DNA of 64,000 bases from a virus (Duplodnaviria > Caudoviricetes): positions 160,001 through 224,000 of the IMG/VR virus record IMGVR_UViG_3300020360_000085, one strand, 5' to 3'. This document shows, in pieces, positions 28,681 to 37,925 of the stretch (position 1 is the stretch's first letter; each line of letters opens with the position of its first letter). The notes beneath the pieces are model-generated. The model was given only the letters and a program-made list of their open reading frames with translations. It had not been told where the DNA came from and searched no databases. Both the position numbers and the translations under genes were made by a program.

Positions 28681-29117
28681 TACTGAATTATGTCGATAAA
28701 CGATTCTATATCGTTTCCATTGAGTTTATACCAACTAGCATCTTCGCGATTATAGAGAACCATTTTTTTCTTAGTAAAATAGTAAGGCCATTGCATTTGA
28801 TTATCTAAAACAAGATACATTCTGGGTGTAGGCATAATAGAATGATTAAATTCAAAATATTCAAAATTACGTTTTAGTAATTCATTACCTAAATGTGTAA
28901 GTCTTAAACCTTGTGGCTGTCCTCTACGAACTCTGAAATTTTGAAATATTTTATATCCTAACTTGTCTTTGGGTATAGATTTAAATACTTCATAATGTTT
29001 ACTATTTTTAGGAATGCCTGGTATTCTAGATGAATTTTTAAGTAACCCTTCTTTGATAATTTTGTAAATTGTGTCTATTACTTTATATTGTAACGGTTGT
29101 TCACTTTTTGAGTTCAT
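28680..29117 (-). CDS. hypothetical protein
   Basis: Probable start is MNSKSEQ at 29117; the track start at 29168 lies deep inside the upstream gene. Confidence 0.6.
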   Translation of the reverse strand: MNSKSEQPLQYKVIDTIYKIIKEGLLKNSSRIPGIPKNSKHYEVFKSIPKDKLGYKIFQNFRVRRGQPQGLRLTHLGNELLKRNFEYFEFNHSIMPTPRMYLVLDNQMQWPYYFTKKKMVLYNREDASWYKLNGNDIESFIDIIQ

Positions 29118-29403
29118 CTTCAGAGACTTCAGGTCCTTTGACCATTTGACAAACTTTAAAATCATCACAAGAAAAAATATTATTAAGTCTTTCTGCTAGA
29201 TTAAAGGCATGTCCAGGATTACTAAATGAAACTTTTTTGTATTTAGGGCCAGGATAACTTACTAACGTATGTAATGTTCTTAAATTGATAGGTGTGTCTT
29301 TATAGAATACACTAAAAATCGCACTTGCTTCTAGCACTTGTTCTGCCTTGTAAGTTTGTTTATTAATTGCTTCTAGCAATACTGTTGGTTTAGGTCTGCT
29401 CAT
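29101..29403 (-). CDS. conserved large-phage hypothetical protein (MSRPKP family)
   Basis: MSRPKPTVLLE...YPGPKYKKVSFSNPGHAFNLA; own TAAATA and RBS. Confidence 0.7.
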   Translation of the reverse strand: MSRPKPTVLLEAINKQTYKAEQVLEASAIFSVFYKDTPINLRTLHTLVSYPGPKYKKVSFSNPGHAFNLAERLNNIFSCDDFKVCQMVKGPEVSEDELKK

Positions 29404-29430
29404 GTGTATAGTCTCCTATACACTTATTTA
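29404..29430 (-). promoter_or_regulatory. late promoter followed by an RBS-sequestering hairpin
   Basis: TAAATA at 29425-29430; GTGTATAG-GAGA-CTATACAC directly before the ATG. Confidence 0.65.
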
Positions 29431-29461
29431 TCTTATTTTGCTATTAAAACTGTTGTTAATA

Positions 29462-29695
29462 TTAGGAATCTTGCTTATCAACAAGTGCTTTAAACTCAGT
29501 AAAACCGCCTATTGATTGCCCTTCAACAACGATTTGAGGGAATGTTCTTGCAGTAGGAAATTTTTCCATTAATTCTTCTCTTGTAAAATCATCAAAAAGC
29601 ATTTTATAAGTGTAATCGAATCCTTTTTGTTCACATACAGCCTTGGCCATATCACAATAAGGACATTCAGGTTTGCTCCAAATTTCTACTTTCAT
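29462..29695 (-). CDS. glutaredoxin
   Basis: CPYC active site, TFPQI, IGGF. Confidence 0.92.
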   Translation of the reverse strand: MKVEIWSKPECPYCDMAKAVCEQKGFDYTYKMLFDDFTREELMEKFPTARTFPQIVVEGQSIGGFTEFKALVDKQDS

Positions 29696-29699
29696 ATTA

Positions 29700-29972
29700 T
29701 TATTTATTATATTCTATTAATAGTTTTACATTAATTAGATCTGTTTCTAATTCAAATGAGAGATAACAATTTTGATTTTCATACCAGTCATCTCTGGTGT
29801 AATCCATATCTTTATGAGGTCTAAAATGCCAACCCCATTTACCTTCGCATAATTTATGAATTTGTGGTATTAAACTTCCAGATAATCCGTATGTTCTAGT
29901 TTTTATTTGATGTTTAAATATGTGATTATAACCGTAACCGTCTGGTAGTTCTAATTCGCTATACTTAGTCAC
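29700..29972 (-). CDS. hypothetical protein
   Basis: ORF in an operon-like overlap arrangement; no motif. Confidence 0.55.
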   Translation of the reverse strand: MTKYSELELPDGYGYNHIFKHQIKTRTYGLSGSLIPQIHKLCEGKWGWHFRPHKDMDYTRDDWYENQNCYLSFELETDLINVKLLIEYNK

Positions 29973-30486
29973 TATGCTTTCTTAATTCTTTATTTAGAAG
30001 TTTAAGTGCTTGTCTGCATTCTATTTCTGTTTTATAAGGTCCTTCAAAACCATAATTTACAATAGTAGAATACTTAGGCCCATTTGCATGTTTCCAGCCT
30101 TTATCAAACTTAATACAATACCAACCTGCCGCATAATAGATATCGCTATCTGATGTTTTACTAAACAAAGGTACGTCTGGATTGTAATCTGGGTGCCCAA
30201 AGTCTATAGGATACGGATTGGGATAATCAACTTTATGTCCTTTAATATAAAATTCTTCTATAAAGTTTTCAGGCATTTCAATTTGTTCACTAAACAAGTT
30301 TACATTACCAAAATAATCAGTAACTTCTTGTTCATCGTTTAGAGCAACAAATTCTTTACCTGTTATATAGAAATAATGTTCCTGTATATCCTTATTTAAA
30401 ATACCTAATTTTCTTGGTCCTTGTCTTACAAGCCAAGCAACGTCAGATATTTGTTGTAATTGTGCTTTATTTTTTAATTTAGTCAT
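29965..30486 (-). CDS. hypothetical protein
   Basis: Aromatic-rich ORF (YYAAGWYCIKF...GFEGPYKT); no assignable motif. Confidence 0.6.
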   Translation of the reverse strand: MTKLKNKAQLQQISDVAWLVRQGPRKLGILNKDIQEHYFYITGKEFVALNDEQEVTDYFGNVNLFSEQIEMPENFIEEFYIKGHKVDYPNPYPIDFGHPDYNPDVPLFSKTSDSDIYYAAGWYCIKFDKGWKHANGPKYSTIVNYGFEGPYKTEIECRQALKLLNKELRKHSD

Positions 30487-30715
30487 GTGTTATCTCCTGT
30501 GTTCCGTAGTCCCTATCAACGGCAACTACTGTTCCGTCTATAGAATATAATTGTTTAATAGGCTGTCCTTTTATATCTTTAAAATGTTCAGGACAGACAT
30601 CTGTTCTCATCGCTCTATAAACACGATTGCCACCATCTGGACTAGTATAAATCCAAAATGGATTCGAAGGCCAATCGTCTGTTAATCTTTTAACTGCTCT
30701 ATCTAACTTGTCCAT
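30479..30715 (-). CDS. hypothetical protein
   Basis: WIYTSPDGG motif; overlaps both neighbours. Confidence 0.55.
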   Translation of the reverse strand: MDKLDRAVKRLTDDWPSNPFWIYTSPDGGNRVYRAMRTDVCPEHFKDIKGQPIKQLYSIDGTVVAVDRDYGTQEITHD

Positions 30716-31691
30716 TTAAAAACTCAGCATAGGCAGTTGCGTCATCGCTCATTCTTTGTAAGTTCCATTTAGAACAGAACTTCATAAAATGTATTCCGAC
30801 TTGTGTAGCAGGTTCCTTGTTTACTGCATTAGCAACTATTTGTCTTGCTTCTGCTTTTATTTCATCAGGTTGTGCTGTTAAGTCTATTAATATTTTATTT
30901 CTTTCGAAATCGTCTTTTACTCTATGTTCAACTTCTTCATGATCTACCCATCTTTGTAACATAAAGTTATTGTAATTAAACCCGCCAGTATTTCTATCAT
31001 TATATGCTTCTAGTATTCCTGTTTTGTTTTTTGTGCCTTTACTTCTTGCACCTGGATAGGCACTAAATACGTTATCTGAACTATCTCCCCTAACACATTT
31101 TTCAAATAAAACAAATTCAGGATCTATTGCTTTTTTAGGTTCATTTGTTTTTTTATCTATAACAGTCTCTCCTGTTTTAGCATTTTTAAATCCATCTAAA
31201 CTAACTATTTGATCAGTAGTACCATTATATTGTATTACATTATCATCTAATAATTGATAAAAATCACTATCTGTACTTATAATTACATGTTTGTCTTCTG
31301 GGTGTTGTTGTATCCATGTAGCAATTAAGTCATCTGCTTCTGCATTAGACTGTTGTATGACACTACAATTTGTTTTAGCATTAAAAAACTGTATCATATC
31401 ATCATATGCTTCAAAAAATAGTTCATCGTCTTCCATTTGCTTGGGTGTACGTTGGTCCATTGTAACTTTTCTGTTTGCTTTATAAGGCTTGTAAAAGTCT
31501 TTTCTCCAACTTCTGCCTTCTAAACACATTACAACATGATCTCCTTCAAACTCACGCCATACTTTTTTAATACTATTAAACATAATATGCATAGCCATAC
31601 CCACTCGCATATCTATATCTTTACCACCCCCAACATGTTTTGCTCTCATAAACATATTAAGGCTATCTACTAAAATATAAGTCTTACTCAT
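30699..31691 (-). CDS. rnh: T4 RNase H-like 5'-3' exonuclease/flap nuclease (PIN fold)
   Basis: ILVDSLN, EADDLIA, ISTDSDFYQL, VRGDSSDNV. Confidence 0.85.
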   Translation of the reverse strand: MSKTYILVDSLNMFMRAKHVGGGKDIDMRVGMAMHIMFNSIKKVWREFEGDHVVMCLEGRSWRKDFYKPYKANRKVTMDQRTPKQMEDDELFFEAYDDMIQFFNAKTNCSVIQQSNAEADDLIATWIQQHPEDKHVIISTDSDFYQLLDDNVIQYNGTTDQIVSLDGFKNAKTGETVIDKKTNEPKKAIDPEFVLFEKCVRGDSSDNVFSAYPGARSKGTKNKTGILEAYNDRNTGGFNYNNFMLQRWVDHEEVEHRVKDDFERNKILIDLTAQPDEIKAEARQIVANAVNKEPATQVGIHFMKFCSKWNLQRMSDDATAYAEFLNGQVR

Positions 31692-31697
31692 AGTCTA

Positions 31698-31955
31698 TTA
31701 TAATTCCTTCGTATTAATGCCCAAGTCTTCATTTATTATAGCATCAAAAGGAGATTCTTTCAAGTTTTTTTCACGTTTTTCTTCAAAGTTTCTTTTTAAA
31801 TCGTATGTTAAATACTTTGAATAGTTTTCTAATACATATCCAATCTCTTGTGAACTCATATCTTCTATAACTTCTTTTATAACAAAGTCTAACTTTGCAG
31901 ATAATTCTGCAAGTTTAATCTTCGCTGTTGTTTCCAGATTGTTTGATGACGACAT
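31698..31955 (-). CDS. hypothetical protein
   Basis: Helical ORF filling the gap before rnh. Confidence 0.5.
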   Translation of the reverse strand: MSSSNNLETTAKIKLAELSAKLDFVIKEVIEDMSSQEIGYVLENYSKYLTYDLKRNFEEKREKNLKESPFDAIINEDLGINTKEL

Positions 31956-32433
31956 CTTGTCCTTCCATTTGCATATCTTCTTGTAGACCGTAATCTTGGT
32001 CCGCCATTTCTTGTACTAAAACAGTTCTGCAAACATCATTAAACCATTTGTTTACTACTGCTTCATCACTTTCACCTGTATAGCCATTACTATGTAAAAA
32101 CTTAACAAAGTGATCGTTCCAATCAAGTTCCATATATCCTGCTTTTGCATTTTCAGGATTTACATCTAATTTAAGAACATTAACATAAGGTTGTTCCTTT
32201 AATTCAGCAACTTTTTTGTCGAACTCATATTGTCCAATTTTTCCATTTTTAAGTTGAACTTCTAATTTTGCAAGTTCTTTATCGCTATCAGAGTCAGCAT
32301 TTATTTCTGCTAACATTTCCTCAAGTTCATCTCCTTCATAATAATATTCTGCTTCTGCTATTGCACGAGTCTTACCACTAAGACCCCAACTGGCAGGCAT
32401 CATACTAAATGGAAGTTTAGTTTTCTTTGCCAT
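31915..32433 (-). CDS. hypothetical protein
   Basis: Acidic ORF with ELDWND.FV..L...GY.G; no function recognised. Confidence 0.65.
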   Translation of the reverse strand: MAKKTKLPFSMMPASWGLSGKTRAIAEAEYYYEGDELEEMLAEINADSDSDKELAKLEVQLKNGKIGQYEFDKKVAELKEQPYVNVLKLDVNPENAKAGYMELDWNDHFVKFLHSNGYTGESDEAVVNKWFNDVCRTVLVQEMADQDYGLQEDMQMEGQDVVIKQSGNNSED

Positions 32434-32434
32434 A

Positions 32435-33043
32435 TTAACCTCTTATATCCTCTATATTTTCTACTTTAGGTACTTCAATAACTTTCTTTTGGATACCTAC
32501 AATAGAACAAATCCTATTCTGTAAATCCCAATCTTGTAGTTTCTTTTCAACATCTTCTCTAGTTAAAGATTCTTTTAACTTAGGATTACCAAAATTATGA
32601 AAAGGATCTCTATATGTAAGAGCAAAATCTCCTACATTTAAAGCACCGTCACCTTTAGTCTGCCATTGAAAAGTATCTATTGGTGTCAGTTTACAATCTA
32701 CTAAAATTGTATATGTAACATTGTCTACATATAATTCTAACGAACTTTCATTAAGAATTTTTTCTGTTACTTTCTTTATACCTTTGATTTGAATATCTAA
32801 CTGTCTAAGACCCAATGCTTTATAGTCCATATCTTCATTAGGTATATCTGATTGATAAACTGGCAAACCATCATGTGTATATCCTACAATACCATCATTT
32901 GCCATATCAATATTAGCCTTTTGCCTTTCATAATTATCATCATCATGATCTGCAAATGCTAATAAAGTCATAAGTGCGGCACCCATTAATAATGTAGTTA
33001 ATAGTGCCCATGGACTTTTAATATCTAAGTTTATTTTATTCAT
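32435..33043 (-). CDS. exported or membrane-anchored hypothetical protein
   Basis: Hydrophobic N-terminus WALLTTLLMGAALMTLLAFA with an AxA cleavage-like site. Confidence 0.6.
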   Translation of the reverse strand: MNKINLDIKSPWALLTTLLMGAALMTLLAFADHDDDNYERQKANIDMANDGIVGYTHDGLPVYQSDIPNEDMDYKALGLRQLDIQIKGIKKVTEKILNESSLELYVDNVTYTILVDCKLTPIDTFQWQTKGDGALNVGDFALTYRDPFHNFGNPKLKESLTREDVEKKLQDWDLQNRICSIVGIQKKVIEVPKVENIEDIRG

Positions 33044-33052
33044 ATTTTCTCC

Positions 33053-33940
33053 TTATTTTCCGATTGCATTACCGTATATGTGTACATGTACTCTACTTGT
33101 ATAGTAGTAACCACGTTTAATGGCTTCATCGGCAATAGTGGCCTCAGTTTGTATGAGACCTTCAAATGTTCCACCTACTCCCATAATCCATACAGGAAAG
33201 TTGCAACCGGCGTCACGGAACATTCTAGTGTTTTCTTCCACTTCCCTCCAACTTTCATCTGTGCCATTAACAACAAACTTTAGTTGACCGTGTGGACTAA
33301 TTTCTGCGTATCTCCCTATAACATCAGGCTTTATTGCTTTTTTAGATTGCTCTCCAGCAGTTGCCCATAGTTTAGGGGATAAACTCCAATACCATTCCCT
33401 AGTACCATCATATGTAAACCATGCAATATAATCTTCTAGTTCTTGTGTAATAGGTCTAGTACCATTAGTTTCTATAGTCACATAGTTAGGCATATTTTCT
33501 CTTCTTTGGAACTCTTCTAATACTCCAATCATTGCTGGTTGTGTATTTTTAAGCATAGGCTCTCCGCCTGTAAATACCATGTGAGTTTCTTGTCCTGTAT
33601 CTGGATGTATAAATTTACCTTTAGGTAAATGAGCAGTAAGTTCATCACATGCTTCTTCTACAGTTTTATCTGTTATTAAATGGCTATATTTTTTTGCCCA
33701 TGTATATGAACTATCACAGCCTTTATCAAAAACAGGTAAATCAAATACATTTGTAATATCTGTAATGTCTAGTTTTTCATAAGGTAATTCATATGTACTA
33801 GGATCTGTAGGATCTTTTTGTCCAAAACCATTACATTGTAAATTACATAGAAAAAATCTCATCCAAAGACTAGGAATACCGACATATTTGCCTTCTCCTT
33901 GTGCTGAATAAAATGTTTCGCTATATTTTACTGTTGTCAT
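33053..33940 (-). CDS. queE: 7-carboxy-7-deazaguanine synthase QueE (non-canonical Cys spacing)
   Basis: YSETFYSAQGEG..VGIPSLWMRF, CNLQC...GCDS, VFTGGEP, IETNGT, LSPK, RVHVHI. Confidence 0.85.
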   Translation of the reverse strand: MTTVKYSETFYSAQGEGKYVGIPSLWMRFFLCNLQCNGFGQKDPTDPSTYELPYEKLDITDITNVFDLPVFDKGCDSSYTWAKKYSHLITDKTVEEACDELTAHLPKGKFIHPDTGQETHMVFTGGEPMLKNTQPAMIGVLEEFQRRENMPNYVTIETNGTRPITQELEDYIAWFTYDGTREWYWSLSPKLWATAGEQSKKAIKPDVIGRYAEISPHGQLKFVVNGTDESWREVEENTRMFRDAGCNFPVWIMGVGGTFEGLIQTEATIADEAIKRGYYYTSRVHVHIYGNAIGK

Positions 33941-34436
33941 CTTCTTTTAAAAATTTTAAAATAGTACCTGGTTCTATATCAGGAACCGCATTACTAATAG
34001 CACTATTTACAATACTATGTATATCACTTACTTCCTCTAAAAGGTTATCCCCATTTACTTTGTCTTCATAAGATTCAATAGCAAGTGTTCTAAAACCTAT
34101 TTCATATAAATCACTTATGTCTGTAATATTTATGTTCGTATTTCTTCCCATTTGCAACACTTTTAAAAAAATTGTATCTGCAATACTAGTGGTTGCTAAA
34201 GTAATTTCTTGATTATCAACAGACTGATTTACAACAACCAATCTATCATGTACGCCTATTGTATCATGATCTGCAACTGCATCTAAACACTCAAAAATTT
34301 CTTCAACAGAGACAGGAAACCTTTTTTGTATTACATCTACTGGATTTCTGTCTAAAATAGAATCAGTAATATTTCTTACAGGAACCTTTAATGCTCCTAT
34401 AACAAGTGTGCCATTTAGATTACTAATATTACTCAT
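33921..34436 (-). CDS. hypothetical protein with DUF433-like N-terminus
   Basis: VIGALKVPVRNITDSI...KRFPVSVEEIFECL resembles the DUF433 HTH pattern. Confidence 0.4.
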   Translation of the reverse strand: MSNISNLNGTLVIGALKVPVRNITDSILDRNPVDVIQKRFPVSVEEIFECLDAVADHDTIGVHDRLVVVNQSVDNQEITLATTSIADTIFLKVLQMGRNTNINITDISDLYEIGFRTLAIESYEDKVNGDNLLEEVSDIHSIVNSAISNAVPDIEPGTILKFLKEDDNSKI

Positions 34437-35126
34437 TTATTTTCCACATGAGAATTCTTGTTGTAGTTTAATATTATCAAAAAATTCTTTCTTAGTTGAG
34501 GCGTCGTCCATAAATCTGCCTTCTAATACTGTAGTTTGTGTTAAACTGCTATGTGCCATAACACCTCTGTTCTCTACGCAACCATGTGTTGCTTGTACAT
34601 AAACACCTACATCATTACTGCCTGTTGCTTTCATAATCTCTCTAGCAATATCAGTAGCAAGTTCTTCTTGTAAAGTACCTCTACTAGCACACCATTGTGC
34701 TATTCTAGTATATTTAGACAAACCAATAAGTTTTGCCCCTGCAATGATGCCAATATACGCCGTTCCTTTAACTGTTTGATGATGATGCGAACACATACTA
34801 GTAAGTTCACTTCTTACTACAAGCATACCTTTATATGCTTCTTCTGTATCATTAGGAAATGCAGTAGCCTTAGGCATTGGCTCATATCTACCAGACATAA
34901 GTTCATTGATGTACATTTTTGCAAGACGCCTTCCTGTGTCCATACTGTTAGGATCATTTTCAGTATCTATAACTAAGCCTTTAAGAACATCTTCAAATTT
35001 TACTGATAGTTCTTCAATTAGTGCTTCTTTGTCTCCAGGTTCAATAAATTCACTAATATTATCTCCTGCCCAAAACTTTGCACCTGCTTCTTGTAGTCTT
35101 GCTCTTATTTCATCACTTTTGGCCAT
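34437..35126 (-). CDS. folE: GTP cyclohydrolase I
   Basis: SMCSHH, IGLSKYTRI, LQE, HGCVENRGV, TTVLEGRF. Confidence 0.95.
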   Translation of the reverse strand: MAKSDEIRARLQEAGAKFWAGDNISEFIEPGDKEALIEELSVKFEDVLKGLVIDTENDPNSMDTGRRLAKMYINELMSGRYEPMPKATAFPNDTEEAYKGMLVVRSELTSMCSHHHQTVKGTAYIGIIAGAKLIGLSKYTRIAQWCASRGTLQEELATDIAREIMKATGSNDVGVYVQATHGCVENRGVMAHSSLTQTTVLEGRFMDDASTKKEFFDNIKLQQEFSCGK

Positions 35127-35138
35127 TAAAAAGGTCTC

Positions 35139-35627
35139 CTATTTCCACCATTCTTCATATGGAAAGACTATCCATCTTTCCTGATCTGGCAAAACAACGT
35201 TTGCCGTAAATTCTACTTCATTAAACTCACTGCTTTCTTTATCAAACAAAGTTGCAAATTTAATACCCTCATGTAAAGTAAACATATTGTTATTTTGTTT
35301 ACTATCAAAATCTTTAATTACAGACAATATACCATGTAATGTCTTACCAGAATCATTAATATCATCTACAACTAAAATGTTTTTACTAATGTATTTAGAC
35401 AAAATGTGTTTAAGAGTCTCAGAATCTTCGATTTTTCCGTCTCTTGTTTGCCATCTAAATGCTTCAAAAGGCACCTCAAAGTAGTGGCTTAACATAACAC
35501 CAAAAGGATATGCTCCTCTACCAGGGCCTATAATTACATCAGGTTTATAACTTTCATGTGCCATTTCTCTAGCAATGATTCTGCAGTCAGAAACCAAGTC
35601 GTTGTATGAGTAATATAATTTATTCAT
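35139..35627 (-). CDS. type I purine phosphoribosyltransferase (Gpt-like)
   Basis: PRPP loop ILVVDDINDSGKT, IIGPGRGA, C-terminal WIVFPYE. Confidence 0.85.
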   Translation of the reverse strand: MNKLYYSYNDLVSDCRIIAREMAHESYKPDVIIGPGRGAYPFGVMLSHYFEVPFEAFRWQTRDGKIEDSETLKHILSKYISKNILVVDDINDSGKTLHGILSVIKDFDSKQNNNMFTLHEGIKFATLFDKESSEFNEVEFTANVVLPDQERWIVFPYEEWWK

Positions 35628-35633
35628 AATTAC

Positions 35634-35661
35634 AGTATAACATCATTTTACTTGATGTCAA
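35634..35661 (-). promoter_or_regulatory. sigma70-like promoter TTGACA-N16-TATACT
   Basis: -35 at 35656-35661, -10 at 35634-35639, TGT extension. Confidence 0.7.
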
Positions 35662-35662
35662 T

Positions 35663-36619
35663 TTATTTCTTAGACTGATATGCAATTTCATCAGCAACAA
35701 TTTCTTCTAATGTATTTTGTGGTTCCCAACCTAACATCTCAAATGCTTTTACTATATTTGCATCTGTTCTTTCAGCATCGCCATCTCTTTTAGGGCCAAC
35801 TTCTACATTAATTTCTTTTTCTAATTGTTTTTCTACTTCTGCAATAACTTGCTTTATACTTGTTCCAGATCCGCCACCAATATTAAATATATTACTATTG
35901 CCACCATCCATTAAATAGTTTAAAGCAGATACATGAGCAGATGCTACATCAAAAACATGAGTGTAATCTCTAATACATGTACCATCAGGTGTTTCGTAAT
36001 CGTCTCCATTTACTGTAAAAACTTCGTCATTTAAACCAGCATTTACTAGTATAGGTACTAAATGTTGTTTTGGATTAAGTGTATATCCTAATCCTTGATA
36101 ACTACCTGCGGCATTAAAATATCTTAAACTTGCAAAATTAAATTCATAAGCATCTGCATAGTCTTTTAAAACATTTTCTATAATTAACTTACTTCTACCA
36201 TATGGTGTTTTAGGATTAGGAATGTCGCTTTCTGCATTTAGAATAGTTTCTGAGTCTCCGTAAACAGAACTTGAACTACTAAAAATAAAATGCTTAACTC
36301 CTGCATTTATAGAATGATTTAAAAGAGATATTGAGTTTGCCACATTATTAGCATAAGTAGAGGCAGGATCTTGTATGCTTAAAGGCACACTATGATCAGC
36401 CGCTAGATGAATAACTGCATCTGGTTTTGTTAATTCTATTACGCCTTTTAATTGATGATTATCAATATCAAAAGGATATTGTGTGACACCTTCTTGCTGT
36501 CTTTTTACCCTGTCAATATTAATAACATTATAGCCTGAATCAACAAGTAATTTACAGGTTACACTACCTATAAATCCACTACCACCAGTAACTAAAATAG
36601 TTTTTTCTTCATTATCCAT
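35663..36619 (-). CDS. galE: UDP-glucose 4-epimerase
   Basis: LVTGGSGFIGS, FSSSSSVYG, YGRSK, LRYFNAAG, DGTCIRDYTHV. Confidence 0.9.
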   Translation of the reverse strand: MDNEEKTILVTGGSGFIGSVTCKLLVDSGYNVINIDRVKRQQEGVTQYPFDIDNHQLKGVIELTKPDAVIHLAADHSVPLSIQDPASTYANNVANSISLLNHSINAGVKHFIFSSSSSVYGDSETILNAESDIPNPKTPYGRSKLIIENVLKDYADAYEFNFASLRYFNAAGSYQGLGYTLNPKQHLVPILVNAGLNDEVFTVNGDDYETPDGTCIRDYTHVFDVASAHVSALNYLMDGGNSNIFNIGGGSGTSIKQVIAEVEKQLEKEINVEVGPKRDGDAERTDANIVKAFEMLGWEPQNTLEEIVADEIAYQSKK

Positions 36620-37599
36620 TATTTCTCACTAAACCAGGAATCAAATACTTGTTCACTATCACAAACATTGATTCCGTTAAAATTAAAGTTAGTAATTGCA
36701 TCTACAGTCATATCCACACTTTCTTCAAATCTGTCAAACAGTTTTAAGTTTGGATACAACTCTGGATACACTAACCTATTAGGAAGTACAGGCGTACAAC
36801 CTAAATACACGGCTTCAGCAACACCAAAGCCAAAGTTTTCTTGTAAAGCATAACTTACGATTGCTTTACTTTTGCCAAGTAAAGAATAGTATTCTTCCTT
36901 GGAAAGATTTTGTTCCTGTGTTTTTACAAACTGTACCGGAACATTTACCTTTTCAGATACTTGTTTTTCTAATTCATCAAACAACCAAGGTTGTTTTTCA
37001 TCACAAAGTCTTCCATTAAAGATAACAATATTTTCTTTTTGTTGCCCTTTGTGTGAATCGAGCCCTGTGTAGTCTACAGGCAAACCTGTAACAACTAACT
37101 TGTCAGGGCTCACGATACGTTTTTTAATTATATCTTGTTTAATAAATTCACTTGCACAAAAAATTGTATCGCTTATATCAAATATAATATCCTCAAAATT
37201 CTTTGCCCAACGTTCCATATCGCGAACAAAATCTGTATCTGTAAAACTTCCTGCATGAATTATACCTGTAATCTTTACATCAACTTTGTTAAAGTATTTC
37301 ATATAGGCAATGTTTTCAATACCAGGAAACCAAATGTCACTAAAGAAGAATCTGTCGCCATCTGCAATTTCTCCTCTTTCAAACATAGCAGATATTTCTG
37401 CCATTTGTAAAGATTTAAATTTACTTGTAAAGGCGGCATTTAAAAATTGACCTTCAGGCAAAGGAGGTGTTTCATAAGTAGGCATAATTTTAACATACTC
37501 TAAATTTTTATCCTGTAGATATTTTTCAATATCTCTGTCCATATGAACAGTATATCTACCATCAATATGTTCTAAAGGTATGTAAATTATTTTACTCAT
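36619..37599 (-). CDS. GT-B (GT4-like) glycosyltransferase
   Basis: FNGRLCDEKQ and the EX7E motif ENFGFGVAE. Confidence 0.8.
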   Translation of the reverse strand: MSKIIYIPLEHIDGRYTVHMDRDIEKYLQDKNLEYVKIMPTYETPPLPEGQFLNAAFTSKFKSLQMAEISAMFERGEIADGDRFFFSDIWFPGIENIAYMKYFNKVDVKITGIIHAGSFTDTDFVRDMERWAKNFEDIIFDISDTIFCASEFIKQDIIKKRIVSPDKLVVTGLPVDYTGLDSHKGQQKENIVIFNGRLCDEKQPWLFDELEKQVSEKVNVPVQFVKTQEQNLSKEEYYSLLGKSKAIVSYALQENFGFGVAEAVYLGCTPVLPNRLVYPELYPNLKLFDRFEESVDMTVDAITNFNFNGINVCDSEQVFDSWFSEK

Positions 37600-37738
37600 T
37601 TTCGTTTTCGTCTCCTAAACCTTCTCCATAATCTACAACGTGAGTTATTTCATCGTCAAGACTTTGAGCATAATCATTATTTTTATCTGCCTCTGCTTTA
37701 CTAATTTTTTTAGGCTTTTTCTTCTCTTCTTCAGTCAT
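37592..37738 (-). CDS. small acidic hypothetical protein (48 aa, absent from the ORF track)
   Basis: MTEEEKKKPKK...GLGDENENE; TAATG overlap upstream and overlap with the GT start. Confidence 0.5.
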   Translation of the reverse strand: MTEEEKKKPKKISKAEADKNNDYAQSLDDEITHVVDYGEGLGDENENE

Positions 37739-37914
37739 TACATTGAGTTCTTTTTATCTTGGATTTCAGAACGTCTAACTTTTGTTAATTTGCTGATTTC
37801 CATTAATGCCTTTCTTGCTCTTGTGGCACTTGCTTTTACACCATTATTTTCGAACTTGTCTTGTTCCATAATGTATTCTTCCATCAGTGCTTTAAGTTTT
37901 AAATGTGTTTCCAT
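37738..37914 (-). CDS. Hc1/histone H1-like basic protein (58 aa, absent from the ORF track)
   Basis: METHLKLKALMEEY...NGVKASATRARKALMEISKLTKVRRSEIQ; RBS AAGGAG; G-x-KAxxTRARKA pattern. Confidence 0.7.
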   Translation of the reverse strand: METHLKLKALMEEYIMEQDKFENNGVKASATRARKALMEISKLTKVRRSEIQDKKNSM

Positions 37915-37925
37915 ATCTTTCTCCT

